DNA of 64,000 bases, taken from Escherichia coli (GTDB lineage: Bacteria > Pseudomonadota > Gammaproteobacteria > Enterobacterales > Enterobacteriaceae). The stretch is taken from assembly GCF_030013595.1 (NCBI RefSeq), contig NZ_CP122768.1. One strand, written 5' to 3'. The notes beneath the pieces are model-generated. The model saw only the letters and a list, made by a program, of their open reading frames with translations, was not told where the DNA came from and searched no databases. Of this stretch, positions 23,597-36,000 are shown in pieces. The stretch's first letter is position 1, and the number at the start of each line of letters is the position of its first letter. Position numbers and translations under genes: made by a program.

Positions 23597-25207
23597 TCAG
23601 GCTGATGCGCGTGACGCCAGCCACTGACGTAATTGTTTTTTATCGACTTTCCCGACCGCCGTCAGCGGAAGTGAATCTACACACTCCACGCGATCCGGTA
23701 ATTTAAATTCGGCAATACCCTGTTCACGCAGGAAACGACGCACCTGCACCGCGCGCAGCGGTTCTTTTACCACCAGATAAGCGCAGCTTTTTTCGCCCAT
23801 CAGCTCATCTTCCATGCTCACCAGTGCGGCGTAGATCACCGCCGGATGGCGCAGCAGCAGGTTTTCGATCTCTTCGGCAGCGATCTTCTCGCCGCCACGG
23901 TTAATCTGATCTTTCTCGCGCCCCTGCACGGTGATGTAACCCTCTGGATCAATAGAGATCAGATCGCCGGAACAGTAAAAACCGTTGGCATCAAAGGCGC
24001 TGGCATTGTGCTGCGGGCTTTTGTAATAGCCGCGGAAGGTGTACGGCCCGCGCGTCATCAGGCGTCCAACTTCCCCTTGCGGCAGTGGATTTCCTTCAGC
24101 ATCAGCAACCCACACTTCATCGTCCGGGCACATTGGGTAGCCCTGGGTATGGATAATTTTCTCCGCGCTATCATCAAGTCGGGTGTAGTTCACCAGCCCT
24201 TCCGCCATGCCAAACACCTGCTGCAACTGACAGCCAATCTCAGCGGGAATACGCGCCGCAAGGGTGGCAGAAAGACGGGCGCCGCCGACCTGTAACAGTT
24301 TCAGCGAGGCAAGCTGCGCCCGGCTTTCGCCTTCAGCCAGTGCCTGCAACCACAGGCTGACTGCTGGCGGCACCAGCGCGGTGACGTTCACCTGATGTTT
24401 TTCAATCAATGGGAAGCAGAGCGTGGCGCTGGGGTCGGCAGCCAGAACGACAGTACCGCCAGCGAGAAATACGCCCAGCGATCCCGGCGAACTCATGGCG
24501 TAGTTATGAGCCGCCGGGATCGCGCACAGGTAGCGTGTCTGTTGTGTGAACTGACAAATCTCGACGCTACGACGCACGCTGTAGTAGTAGTCGTTATGAG
24601 TGCGCGGGATCAGTTTCGGTGTGCCGGTGGTGCCGCCGGAAAGCTGGAAATAGGCCACTTCATCAGCAGGTGACGGCGTGGCAGTAAAATCCTCAGCCGG
24701 ATGGTTAATCGCATCCTGCAAGTTATGCTCACCGCTGTCGTTGTGCAGTTGCACCACGCGAATGGAGGAATGCTCTGCAACAAATGTATTGAGGAAATCA
24801 TCTCCGCTAAACAGCGCATGCTGGCGATCGGCAATCAGTAACGCCGGTTCAATCTGGCTGGCATAGGCGTTCAGTTCACTACGCTGATGGCTGAACAGCG
24901 CCAGCACCGGCGCAACGCCCAGTTTCAGCAGCGCGAAAAAGGTAATGTAAAGTTCAGCGACGTTACCCAGTTGTACCAGCGCGGTTTCACCAGGTTTAAT
25001 GCCCTGACGGCGCAAACTACACGCGAGGTTATCCGCCGCCTGATTCAGCTCCCGGTAACTCAACTGCCGCTCGCCGTCGATGACCGCGATGCTGTCGCTT
25101 GCGGCATGACGGGTCAGAATGTCGGTCAGCGGCAAATCCTGCCAGTAGCCTTTTTCCCGATAGCGACGGGAAAACTCTTCCGGCCAGCGGGTGAATGGAA
25201 TGCTCAT
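23597..25207 (-). CDS. entE: 2,3-dihydroxybenzoate-AMP ligase
   Basis: ORF 23597-25213; start at [12 protein letters not shown]... gives 536 aa; adenylation-domain motifs (SGGTTGTPK). Confidence 0.9.
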   Translation of the reverse strand: MSIPFTRWPEEFSRRYREKGYWQDLPLTDILTRHAASDSIAVIDGERQLSYRELNQAADNLACSLRRQGIKPGETALVQLGNVAELYITFFALLKLGVAPVLALFSHQRSELNAYASQIEPALLIADRQHALFSGDDFLNTFVAEHSSIRVVQLHNDSGEHNLQDAINHPAEDFTATPSPADEVAYFQLSGGTTGTPKLIPRTHNDYYYSVRRSVEICQFTQQTRYLCAIPAAHNYAMSSPGSLGVFLAGGTVVLAADPSATLCFPLIEKHQVNVTALVPPAVSLWLQALAEGESRAQLASLKLLQVGGARLSATLAARIPAEIGCQLQQVFGMAEGLVNYTRLDDSAEKIIHTQGYPMCPDDEVWVADAEGNPLPQGEVGRLMTRGPYTFRGYYKSPQHNASAFDANGFYCSGDLISIDPEGYITVQGREKDQINRGGEKIAAEEIENLLLRHPAVIYAALVSMEDELMGEKSCAYLVVKEPLRAVQVRRFLREQGIAEFKLPDRVECVDSLPLTAVGKVDKKQLRQWLASRASA

Positions 25208-25216
25208 CCTCACTCC

Positions 25217-26392
<1,176 letters not shown>

Positions 26393-26406
26393 ATCATCCT
26401 CCACAA

Positions 26407-26440
26407 AATGATAAAGGCTTTAATAATGATTATCATTTAT
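26407..26440. promoter_or_regulatory. Fur box in the divergent entC / fepB promoter region
   Basis: aatgataaaggctttaataatgattatcatttat matches the GATAATGATAATCATTATC-type consensus. Confidence 0.7.
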
Positions 26441-26580
26441 ATTTTCGGTCGCTAACCTAAAAGCAAACGCGCACTATGTCAACTCTTGAGGTAACGCAAT
26501 CTGCAACTCGGGGTTGCATCTGGTTGTGGTTACAATGAAAATGAGAAGCATTAACTTCATTAATAACAGGAAGCTGATTT

Positions 26581-27537
26581 GTGAGACTCGTCCCGCTCTA
26601 CCGCAACGCCCTTCTATTAACAGGACTTTTGCTTTCAGGAATAGTCGCAGTTCAGGCCGCCGACTGGCCGCGTCAGATTACTGACAGCCGTGGCACTCAT
26701 TCCCTGGAAAGCCAGCCGCAGCGTATTGTTTCCACCAGCGTCACCCTGACCGGCTCACTGCTGGCGATTGATGCTCCAGTGATTGCCAGCGGCGCGACCA
26801 CGCCAAATAACCGCGTCGCGGATGACCAGGGCTTTTTACGCCAGTGGAGCAAGGTAGCGAAAGAACGCAAATTGCAACGACTCTATATCGGTGAACCAAG
26901 TGCCGAAGCCGTTGCCGCGCAAATGCCGGATCTGATTTTAATTAGCGCGACCGGCGGCGATTCGGCGCTGGCGCTGTATGATCAGCTTTCCACCATCGCC
27001 CCGACGTTAATCATCAATTACGACGACAAAAGCTGGCAGTCGCTGTTAACGCAACTTGGCGAAATTACCGGGCATGAGAAACAAGCGGCAGAGCGGATTG
27101 CACAGTTTGATAAGCAACTGGCGGCGGCGAAAGAGCAAATCAAATTACCGCCGCAGCCGGTCACTGCCATTGTCTATACCGCCGCTGCACACAGTGCCAA
27201 TCTCTGGACGCCGGAATCAGCACAAGGGCAGATGCTGGAACAACTCGGCTTTACGTTGGCGAAATTGCCCGCAGGGTTAAATGCCAGCCAAAGCCAGGGT
27301 AAGCGTCATGACATCATTCAGCTTGGTGGGGAAAATCTGGCTGCAGGGTTAAATGGCGAGTCACTATTCCTGTTCGCCGGTGATCAGAAAGATGCCGATG
27401 CGATTTATGCTAATCCGCTGCTCGCGCACCTGCCTGCAGTACAAAACAAGCAGGTTTATGCGCTGGGAACCGAGACGTTCCGTCTGGATTACTACAGCGC
27501 CATGCAAGTGCTGGAACGGCTTAAGGCGCTGTTTTAA
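26581..27537 (+). CDS. fepB: Periplasmic ferric enterobactin binding protein
   Basis: 318-aa ORF starting at GTG with a signal peptide ([26 protein letters not shown]). Confidence 0.9.
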   Translation: MRLVPLYRNALLLTGLLLSGIVAVQAADWPRQITDSRGTHSLESQPQRIVSTSVTLTGSLLAIDAPVIASGATTPNNRVADDQGFLRQWSKVAKERKLQRLYIGEPSAEAVAAQMPDLILISATGGDSALALYDQLSTIAPTLIINYDDKSWQSLLTQLGEITGHEKQAAERIAQFDKQLAAAKEQIKLPPQPVTAIVYTAAAHSANLWTPESAQGQMLEQLGFTLAKLPAGLNASQSQGKRHDIIQLGGENLAAGLNGESLFLFAGDQKDADAIYANPLLAHLPAVQNKQVYALGTETFRLDYYSAMQVLERLKALF

Positions 27538-27540
27538 GCA

Positions 27541-28791
27541 TTAACTGTCGGACGCTGTCACCTGCGGCGGCGTCTGGCGAAAACGCCGCAACTCCACCAG
27601 CACCAGCAATAACAATACGCCGATAATCAACAAACCAAAACCGCTTGCGCTTGCGGAAGCAACCGGTGTCATCATCGCGCCCAAACCGCCCAGCAGCGCC
27701 GCGCCTATGGCATCGCCCGTCACGTTTTGTGCCGTCCACAAACCGTTAATCCGCCCTAACATCGCTTCCGGGGTTTGCGTTTGCAGCATTGTATATTGCA
27801 GCAACGAACTAACCGCGCTCAGCCAGCCGAATAGCGCCAGACAAATCACGCCTAAAATCCACATCGGCATCAGGCCAAACAGCCCAATGGCGAGGAACGA
27901 TCCCAGCGTGGAGAGCAGCATCAATAACCCTGGTCGCGCGCTATGTGCCAGCTTCCCGCTGGTTAACGCGCCAATAGCCGCGCCGAGCGGGATCGCCGCA
28001 TAGAGAAAACCAATCTGTGCCGCCGACATCTGCCAGTTGTCAGCCAGCGCCGGATACAGTACCCGCACCGCACTCGCCATCGTCAATAAACCACCCAGCA
28101 GCGCAATCCCTCCCACCAGCGGGCTGGCGAGCAGAAAACGAAATCCTGCCAGTAATGATTTCAACGGATGCTCACGCGGCTGCGGTGGCGGTGGCAACGC
28201 CGGAAGGCTTAATAACGGCAGCAAGGTAATAAACGTGCCCGCCGCCGCCAGCCCGTAGTTCCAGGCTACGCCGCCGGTCGCCAGCAATAAACCGCCAATC
28301 ATAGGCGAAATCACCGACCCCAGACGCACGGTCAACATGGTGATCGCCCCGGCCTGCATTAAGTTTTCACGCCCTACCAGTGCAGGTGTCGCCGCCAGTA
28401 GCGCCGTAACGCCAAGCGATGCGAAAAAACCATCCCATAAACCGAGTAAATAGATTGCCAATAGAGATGGCTCCGGCAGCAGCGAGTTCAGGCACAGTCC
28501 AATGAAGCCAATGCCACAGGTGCCGCGCGCCAGCAAAATCACTTTTTTGCGCTCATAGCGATCCGCCAGCACACCGCCGACCATCAGGCCAACAAACATC
28601 GCGCCGCCGGTCAGCGTCACCGAAAGCCCCACCTGCCAGGTAGAATGCGTCATCATCTGGATCTGCACTGGTACCGCGACGCCGAGCAAACCCAGAGACA
28701 CAATTGAGATAAAACGAGCGAGGAATACTGCGCGAAACGCCGGGTGCGTTTTCAACAGGCTGAGGTTAAGCAGCCAGGATTGTTTATTCAT
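27541..28791 (-). CDS. entS: Enterobactin exporter (MFS)
   Basis: 416-aa hydrophobic [30 protein letters not shown]... Confidence 0.9.
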   Translation of the reverse strand: MNKQSWLLNLSLLKTHPAFRAVFLARFISIVSLGLLGVAVPVQIQMMTHSTWQVGLSVTLTGGAMFVGLMVGGVLADRYERKKVILLARGTCGIGFIGLCLNSLLPEPSLLAIYLLGLWDGFFASLGVTALLAATPALVGRENLMQAGAITMLTVRLGSVISPMIGGLLLATGGVAWNYGLAAAGTFITLLPLLSLPALPPPPQPREHPLKSLLAGFRFLLASPLVGGIALLGGLLTMASAVRVLYPALADNWQMSAAQIGFLYAAIPLGAAIGALTSGKLAHSARPGLLMLLSTLGSFLAIGLFGLMPMWILGVICLALFGWLSAVSSLLQYTMLQTQTPEAMLGRINGLWTAQNVTGDAIGAALLGGLGAMMTPVASASASGFGLLIIGVLLLLVLVELRRFRQTPPQVTASDS

Positions 28792-28864
28792 TACAATGCC
28801 TTGCCATCAAATATTTTAAATACCTATTCTTAGGCTGCACATGCTAACATATCCAAATAAGATC

Positions 28865-28890
28865 GATAACGATAATTAATTTCATTATCA
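28865..28890. promoter_or_regulatory. Fur box in the divergent entS / fepD promoter region
   Basis: gataacgataattaatttcattatca. Confidence 0.7.
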
Positions 28891-28901
28891 TGGAAGTTCG
28901 T

Positions 28902-29906
28902 ATGTCTGGTTCTGTTGCCGTGACACGCGCCATTGCCGTGCCCGGATTGCTGTTATTACTGATTATCGCGACGGCATTAAGCCTGCTCATTGGGGCAAAA
29001 TCACTCCCCGCTTCCGTAGTGCTGGAGGCCCTCTCCGGCACCTGCCAGAGCGCCGACTGCACCATCGTGCTCGACGCGCGGCTGCCGCGCACCCTTGCCG
29101 GTTTACTGGCAGGCGGCGCGCTTGGGCTTGCCGGGGCGTTAATGCAAACCCTCACCCGAAACCCACTTGCCGACCCCGGCTTGCTTGGCGTGAACGCCGG
29201 AGCCAGCTTTGCCATTGTGCTGGGTGCGGCGCTGTTTGGTTACTCTTCCGCACAGGAACAACTGGCGATGGCCTTCGCCGGGGCGCTGGTGGCCTCATTG
29301 ATTGTTGCCTTTACCGGCAGCCAGGGCGGCGGGCAGTTAAGTCCGGTGCGTTTAACCCTGGCGGGCGTGGCACTGGCGGCGGTGCTGGAAGGGCTGACCA
29401 GCGGCATCGCCCTGCTTAATCCTGACGTCTACGATCAGTTGCGTTTCTGGCAAGCCGGTTCGCTGGATATTCGTAATTTACACACCTTAAAAGTAGTGCT
29501 GATCCCGGTGCTGATCGCCGGAGTAACCGCGCTATTACTGAGCCGCGCACTGAACAGTTTAAGCCTTGGCAGTGACACAGCGACGGCGCTGGGCAGTCGC
29601 GTGGCGCGCACACAGTTGATTGGTCTGCTGGCGATTACCGTGCTTTGCGGTAGTGCAACGGCGGTAGTTGGCCCGATTGCCTTTATTGGCCTGATGATGC
29701 CGCACATGGCGCGCTGGCTGGTAGGTGCCGATCATCGCTGGTCGCTGCCCGTCACGCTACTTGCCACCCCTGCCCTGCTGCTGTTTGCCGATATCATCGG
29801 GCGGGTGATTGTGCCCGGCGAGTTGCGCGTTTCTGTGGTCAGTGCCTTTATTGGCGCACCGGTGCTGATCTTCCTCGTGCGACGTAAAACGCGAGGTGGC
29901 GCATGA
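28902..29906 (+). CDS. fepD: Ferric enterobactin ABC transporter permease
   Basis: ORF 28890-29906; start at MSGSVAVTRAIAVPGLL... gives 334 aa. Confidence 0.85.
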   Translation: MSGSVAVTRAIAVPGLLLLLIIATALSLLIGAKSLPASVVLEALSGTCQSADCTIVLDARLPRTLAGLLAGGALGLAGALMQTLTRNPLADPGLLGVNAGASFAIVLGAALFGYSSAQEQLAMAFAGALVASLIVAFTGSQGGGQLSPVRLTLAGVALAAVLEGLTSGIALLNPDVYDQLRFWQAGSLDIRNLHTLKVVLIPVLIAGVTALLLSRALNSLSLGSDTATALGSRVARTQLIGLLAITVLCGSATAVVGPIAFIGLMMPHMARWLVGADHRWSLPVTLLATPALLLFADIIGRVIVPGELRVSVVSAFIGAPVLIFLVRRKTRGGA

Positions 29907-30895
29907 TTTACGTCTCTCGCCGATTAATCATCACCTGTTTGCTGCTAATTACCGCCTGTGTGGTTGCAGGTATCTGGGGATTACGCAGCGGTACCGTCAC
30001 GCTGGAAACCTCGCAGGTATTCGCCGCGCTGATGGGCGATGCGCCGCGCAGTATGACGATGGTGGTCACCGAATGGCGTTTACCACGCGTGCTGATGGCG
30101 CTGTTAATTGGCGCGGCTCTGGGCGTCAGCGGCGCGATTTTTCAGTCGCTGATGCGTAACCCGCTCGGTAGCCCTGACGTAATGGGCTTTAACACCGGGG
30201 CGTGGAGCGGCGTGCTGGTGGCGATGGTGCTGTTTGGTCAGGACCTGACGGCTATCGCGCTGGCAGCAATGGCGGGCGGCATTGTCACCTCGTTGCTGGT
30301 CTGGCTGCTCGCCTGGCGTAACGGCATCGACACCTTTCGGTTGATTATTATTGGTATCGGCGTTCGCGCCATGCTGGTGGCCTTTAATACCTGGCTGTTG
30401 CTGAAAGCGTCTTTAGAAACGGCGCTAACAGCGGGTTTGTGGAATGCCGGATCGCTCAACGGCCTGACGTGGGCAAAAACCTCGCCTTCCGCACCCATCA
30501 TTATATTGATGCTAATTGCCGCCGCCTTACTGGTACGCCGGATGCGCTTGCTGGAAATGGGCGATGATACCGCGTGTGCGCTGGGCGTCAGCGTCGAACG
30601 TTCGCGGCTGTTAATGATGCTGGTCGCCGTAGTGCTTACCGCAGCTGCCACTGCCCTGGCGGGGCCGATTTCCTTTATTGCTTTAGTCGCGCCACACATT
30701 GCCCGCCGCATTAGCGGCACCGCTCGCTGGGGGCTGACCCAGGCGGCGCTGTGCGGGGCGTTGTTATTACTGGCGGCCGATCTCTGCGCCCAACAACTGT
30801 TTATGCCGTATCAACTTCCGGTTGGCGTCGTTACCGTCAGCCTCGGCGGTATTTACCTTATCGTCTTGTTAATTCAGGAGTCTCGCAAAAAATGA
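29903..30895 (+). CDS. fepG: Ferric enterobactin ABC transporter permease
   Basis: 330-aa ORF overlapping the fepD stop by 4 nt. Confidence 0.9.
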   Translation: MIYVSRRLIITCLLLITACVVAGIWGLRSGTVTLETSQVFAALMGDAPRSMTMVVTEWRLPRVLMALLIGAALGVSGAIFQSLMRNPLGSPDVMGFNTGAWSGVLVAMVLFGQDLTAIALAAMAGGIVTSLLVWLLAWRNGIDTFRLIIIGIGVRAMLVAFNTWLLLKASLETALTAGLWNAGSLNGLTWAKTSPSAPIIILMLIAAALLVRRMRLLEMGDDTACALGVSVERSRLLMMLVAVVLTAAATALAGPISFIALVAPHIARRISGTARWGLTQAALCGALLLLAADLCAQQLFMPYQLPVGVVTVSLGGIYLIVLLIQESRKK

Positions 30896-31707
30896 CCGAA
30901 TCAGTAGCCCGTTTGCGTGGCGAACAGTTAACCCTCGGATATGGCAAATATACCGTTGCGGAAAATCTGACTGTAGAAATACCTGATGGTCACTTCACGG
31001 CAATTATCGGGCCAAATGGCTGCGGTAAATCCACGTTACTGCGTACCTTAAGCCGCCTGATGACGCCTGCTCACGGGCATGTCTGGCTGGATGGTGAGCA
31101 CATTCAACATTACGCCAGTAAAGAGGTTGCACGCCGGATTGGCCTGTTGGCGCAAAATGCCACCACGCCGGGCGATATCACCGTGCAGGAGCTGGTGGCG
31201 CGTGGACGTTACCCACATCAACCGCTGTTTACCCGCTGGCGGAAAGAAGATGAAGAGGCAGTCACAAAAGCGATGCAGGCCACGGGAATAACTCATCTGG
31301 CAGATCAAAGCGTGGATACCCTTTCTGGCGGACAACGCCAGCGAGCGTGGATCGCGATGGTGCTGGCCCAGGAAACGGCAATTATGCTGCTCGACGAACC
31401 CACGACCTGGCTGGATATCAGTCATCAGATTGATCTACTGGAACTGCTAAGCGAACTGAACCGCGAGAAAGGCTATACCCTGGCGGCAGTGCTGCACGAT
31501 CTTAATCAGGCCTGTCGTTACGCCAGTCATTTGATTGCATTGCGGGAAGGGAAAATTGTTGCTCAGGGAGCGCCGAAGGAGATTGTCACTGCTGAATTGA
31601 TCGAGCGCATTTATGGTCTGCGCTGCATGATTATTGACGATCCGGTAGCCGGAACGCCGCTTGTGGTGCCGCTCGGACGAACGGCACCTTCAACTGCCAA
31701 GATTTAA
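30892..31707 (+). CDS. fepC: Ferric enterobactin ABC transporter ATPase
   Basis: ORF 30751-31707; start at MTESVARLRGEQLTLGY... gives 271 aa; Walker A GPNGCGKST; ATGA overlap with fepG. Confidence 0.9.
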   Translation: MTESVARLRGEQLTLGYGKYTVAENLTVEIPDGHFTAIIGPNGCGKSTLLRTLSRLMTPAHGHVWLDGEHIQHYASKEVARRIGLLAQNATTPGDITVQELVARGRYPHQPLFTRWRKEDEEAVTKAMQATGITHLADQSVDTLSGGQRQRAWIAMVLAQETAIMLLDEPTTWLDISHQIDLLELLSELNREKGYTLAAVLHDLNQACRYASHLIALREGKIVAQGAPKEIVTAELIERIYGLRCMIIDDPVAGTPLVVPLGRTAPSTAKI

Positions 31708-32837
31708 ACTAAGTGCTCTTCCACCACGGCATCCTGTTTTCTGGATGCCATCGCATGGCGCAACAGCACGCCACCACAAGCCACCATCCCGCCGATCATC
31801 GCAGAAAGGATCACAATAATCGCCTTACCCGGACCGTCTTTTTTCACTGGCAATGACGGGCTTAACTGATATTTAAACGGCGTAAAATTCACATCGTTGA
31901 TATTTGCTTTTGTTAGCTGCTCAACAAGATACTGACGATTACGTAATTCACCGTTCAGTTCCGCAACGTCAGTAACCGCTTTTTCAATTTCCAGTTTGCG
32001 TTCAATACCGTCTGCGCCGAGAGAAATAGAGAAATCGGGGTCATCTTTAACGGCCTGACCATTACTGTAAACGGGCTTTTTAATTCCTGCCGCGTTAGCA
32101 ATGTCGAGTGAATAATTGAGGCGCTGAATGTTTGCATCAAGTTGATTTTTCGTTTTAATGCGGTCCTGAGCCAGTTTTTCTTTTTCAAACTGGGTTTTGA
32201 TCTCCAGTTTATTACGGACGTTTTCTATCGACTCTTTCACCACCAACGCAGAGATATAATCGATATACCCGCTCAAAACGGTCTGCGCCTCTTCACTGGT
32301 TGGCGCGGTAAAACTTAGCGTCCAGGAGGTATACAGTGACGGTTCATCTTTTTTCTTACTGGCATTGTCATCAACCGCTTTCATTTTTTCGCTCAATGCG
32401 ACAATTGCGCGATGCAAATCCAGTTCGTCGATTTTCGCCTCTTTTAATTGGTCCATCACATAAGGTGTTGAGCGCAGGTACTCTTCCAGCAAGCTAACTG
32501 ACTGAAACTTCTTGATAAACAGGTTAAATGCTTCTGTACGATCAATTTTGATATCCAGATCCAGCACACGAAGCTTAGTGAATGTTTTCTCAAGCGCCTG
32601 CCACTGAACAGGTTCTGGAGGCGTGACAACCGCCGCGCTGGTCCATTTTTGCGGCAGGATGAAAGAGATCAGTAAACCTGCGCAGGCAAACGCAAAAACG
32701 ACCGCCATGACCGTTTTTTTGGCCCGCCATAAAACTTCAATTAGATTAAGTAAATCAATTTCATTATTACTGGGCGACGCCAGAGGATACTCGGGAAAAT
32801 GAGCGTCACTTCCCTGTTTAATATTCAGTGATGACAT
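31704..32837 (-). CDS. fepE: Polysaccharide co-polymerase-like protein FepE
   Basis: 377-aa ORF MSSLNIKQGSDAHFPEYPLASPSNNEIDLLNLIEVLWRAKK... Confidence 0.85.
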   Translation of the reverse strand: MSSLNIKQGSDAHFPEYPLASPSNNEIDLLNLIEVLWRAKKTVMAVVFAFACAGLLISFILPQKWTSAAVVTPPEPVQWQALEKTFTKLRVLDLDIKIDRTEAFNLFIKKFQSVSLLEEYLRSTPYVMDQLKEAKIDELDLHRAIVALSEKMKAVDDNASKKKDEPSLYTSWTLSFTAPTSEEAQTVLSGYIDYISALVVKESIENVRNKLEIKTQFEKEKLAQDRIKTKNQLDANIQRLNYSLDIANAAGIKKPVYSNGQAVKDDPDFSISLGADGIERKLEIEKAVTDVAELNGELRNRQYLVEQLTKANINDVNFTPFKYQLSPSLPVKKDGPGKAIIVILSAMIGGMVACGGVLLRHAMASRKQDAVVEEHLV

Positions 32838-33052
32838 GGGGTATAACCTGAAAATGAGTCCAATAGGGGGAAATCTCCACGGCGCTCACTTTACCAGTTG
32901 GTGAGAATTATCCGAAGCTGAAGTTTGTAAATTCCTTCCACTGAATGCAACATTCACTCTATTTAAGAGAAATATCCACCAAACTTATAAATTAAATAAA
33001 TGATAAACCCATAATTATTTCCTGTAATTATGGGTTTATCGATAATATTAAT

Positions 33053-36000
33053 TTACCTGTTTAGCGTAGCGCGAATAATCGGCCCAATTTTTTCAAACGC
33101 CCCTGGAGAGATAATATCCACATGCGCACAATCCTGACGATAGATATCCAGCTCCGCAATCCACGGCGACCAGGCGCGTTCGGGACTCATACCTTGCTGA
33201 AGCGTGCGTTCAGCAACAAACAGCGTCGCTTTACCGTCAAACGGTACGCTATGAGCAGTCGTCAGCAGGCGCACAGCATCAGCGTAGTTGCCTTCAATGG
33301 TGGTAAACAACTCCGTTGAAGTACTTCCCTGCTGTGCCGCCAGGAAGGCCTCGCGCTCGCGGTTAATCTCCGCCAGCACTTCCGGATCCAGACCATTAGC
33401 TTCTTTTTCCTGCCAGTTTTGCGTTTCTGGCGGCCAGGTATCCAGCAAGCCAAGAAATGCCACCTGTTCGCCACGGGCACGCAGTCGCGCCGCAATGCCC
33501 TGCGCCAGCGTACCGCCAAGTGAATAACCCAGCAGGTAATATGGGCCGTGCGGTTGTTGTTCAAGTAACGTTGCCAGATGCGCTTCGCAGACTTCATCCA
33601 GATTTGCCGCCGTCTGCATGGGGCCACTGGGGCGCGGCGACTGAATGCCGATAATCGACCATTGTGGATCGAGATAACGCGAGAGCACGCTGAACTGCCA
33701 GGCAAAACCGGAGGCCGGATGGAAACAAAACAGCGTCGGGCCATTACCTTCACGCAACGGCAGAATGGTTTCGAATCCCATGCGCCGGGAGCTGTCTTCT
33801 TCCCCATCAATAATCGTTGCCAGTTTAGCGACGGTTGACGCAACCATCACCTGCCCCGGCGTCACCTGACGGGCAAACTGCCGACTTAACTGCGCTGCCA
33901 GTTTCATTGCCAGTAGTGAATGACCGCCAAGCGCGAAGAAATCAGCATCGGCATCCTGCACGTCACAACCCAGCAACGACGAGAATGCCGCGGCGATAAT
34001 CGTTTCACTGCCCGCTTTCGGCGTACGCCCCGGTGCTTGTGCCTTCAGTTCAGGCAACGGTAAGGCTTTGCGATCCAGCTTGCCGTTGGCGCTAAGCGGC
34101 AACTGCGGAAGTTGCAGCAGAACCACGGGCACCATATGCGGTGGCAATGTTTCGCGCAACTGCGCCTGCAATGCAGTGGTATCCAGCGGCAGGCCTGATT
34201 GCGACACCAGATACCCAACCAACTGACGCGCATCGCCTCCCGTTGCGGCAGCCTGGTTAATGACGCAGGCGTGGGTCACGGCCTGTTCAACGTCCGGCAG
34301 CGCCTGCATCACGCGATCGATTTCGCCCAGTTCGATACGCTGCCCGCGAATTTTTAGCTGATCGTCACTGCGCCCGAGGTACTCCACCGCGCCGTTATCC
34401 AGCCAGCGGGCAACGTCTCCGGTACGGTACATCCGTTCACCAGGGGCAAAAGGATCGGCAATAAAGCGACTGGCGGTCAGATCGGGTCGTCCAAGATACC
34501 CCTGCGCCAGTTGAATACCGGTGAGATAGAGATCACCTGCCACACCCGGCGGCACCGGATGCATCATCGCATCAAGAATACGCAGGCCCGTATTCCACAC
34601 CGGATAACCAATCGGCACACTGCTGCCGCGCACCTGTGCCAGTTCCTCGCCAAAAGCCGGATACCAGCTGACATCTACCGCCGCTTCCGTCGGGCCATAT
34701 AGATTATGCAACGGCACGCTGGTTAACTGTTGCCATTCGCGGCATAAATCAGCGGGTAAGGCCTCACCACTACAGAAAACCTGTTTCAACGTCGCGCAAT
34801 TCTGACGAGCGGTTTGCGGAGTCAGCGGTGCAACAAATGCCGCCAGCATCGACGGCACAAAGTGCGTGGTCGTTACGCCATATTCGGCAAAGAATTGCTG
34901 CATAGCGAGCGGGTCGCGGTGCGCTTCCGGTTCAGCCATCACCAGTTTAGCCCCGGCAATAAACGGCCAGAAAAACTCCCACACCGAGACATCAAAACTG
35001 CACGGCGTTTTTTGGGCAACGATATCATCGCCTGTAAGCGGGTAGTGGTTTTGCATCCAAAGCAAGCGGTTAACGATAGCCGTCTGCCCGACCATTACCC
35101 CTTTTGGTCTGCCGGTGGAACCGGAGGTAAAGATGATATAAGCCGTGTGGTGCGGTTGTGAAAGTTGCAGCGGCGCACTGCCCTGCGGTGTAAGCGGGGC
35201 GTTATAGCAAAGGCTGGTTAAATCTGGAACATCGGCAAAGCGCGGCAGTTGATCGTCGGTGGTGATTAACAGCGACGGACGCGCATCTTCCAGCATCATT
35301 TTCAGGCGATCGTCCGGATAGCCGGTATCCAGCGGTAACCAGGCCGCACCTGTTTCAACAATCGCATGTAGTGCCAGAGTCAAAAAGACCGAGCGCGGTA
35401 GCGCCACCGCCACGCTGTCGCCTGGTTTAACGCCGCGCTCACGCAGCAGATTCGCCAGCGCCACCACCTGCTCGCGCATTTCCCGATAGCTGAACAGATA
35501 ACGCGCATCTGCCAGCGCCGGAGCATCCGGTGTTTTTGCCGCTTGTTCTGCCACCAGCGCGCTCAGCGTGGTTTCTGGAATCTCAACCTGAGTGGCGTTG
35601 ATCTGCGCCAGCTGCACATATTCACCTGGCAGCATAATATCGACATCGCCGCACAACAGCGCCGGATCCGCGGCGAACTGGGCAATCAGCATTTTCAGGC
35701 GTTCAGCATGTTGAATTAACGTTGGCTCATCGTAACGCTGTTTATTGGCGAGGATCTCAATACTCAAATCACCGTGTTCATCCGGGAACAGGGCCAGTTC
35801 AAGGTCATTAACCGGACCGGTTGCCAGGGTATGGGTTTGCGTCTGAACACCAGGAATATCCAGTTGGTAATCAAATACCTTGATATTGAGTACCGGACCG
35901 AACAGCGGTTCCTCTCCTGCCGCTCGCCCGCTGTCACGGACAATTTGTTCGGCATCGTAACGTTGATGGCGGCGCATTTTTTTCAGTTGTGCTGCCAGTC

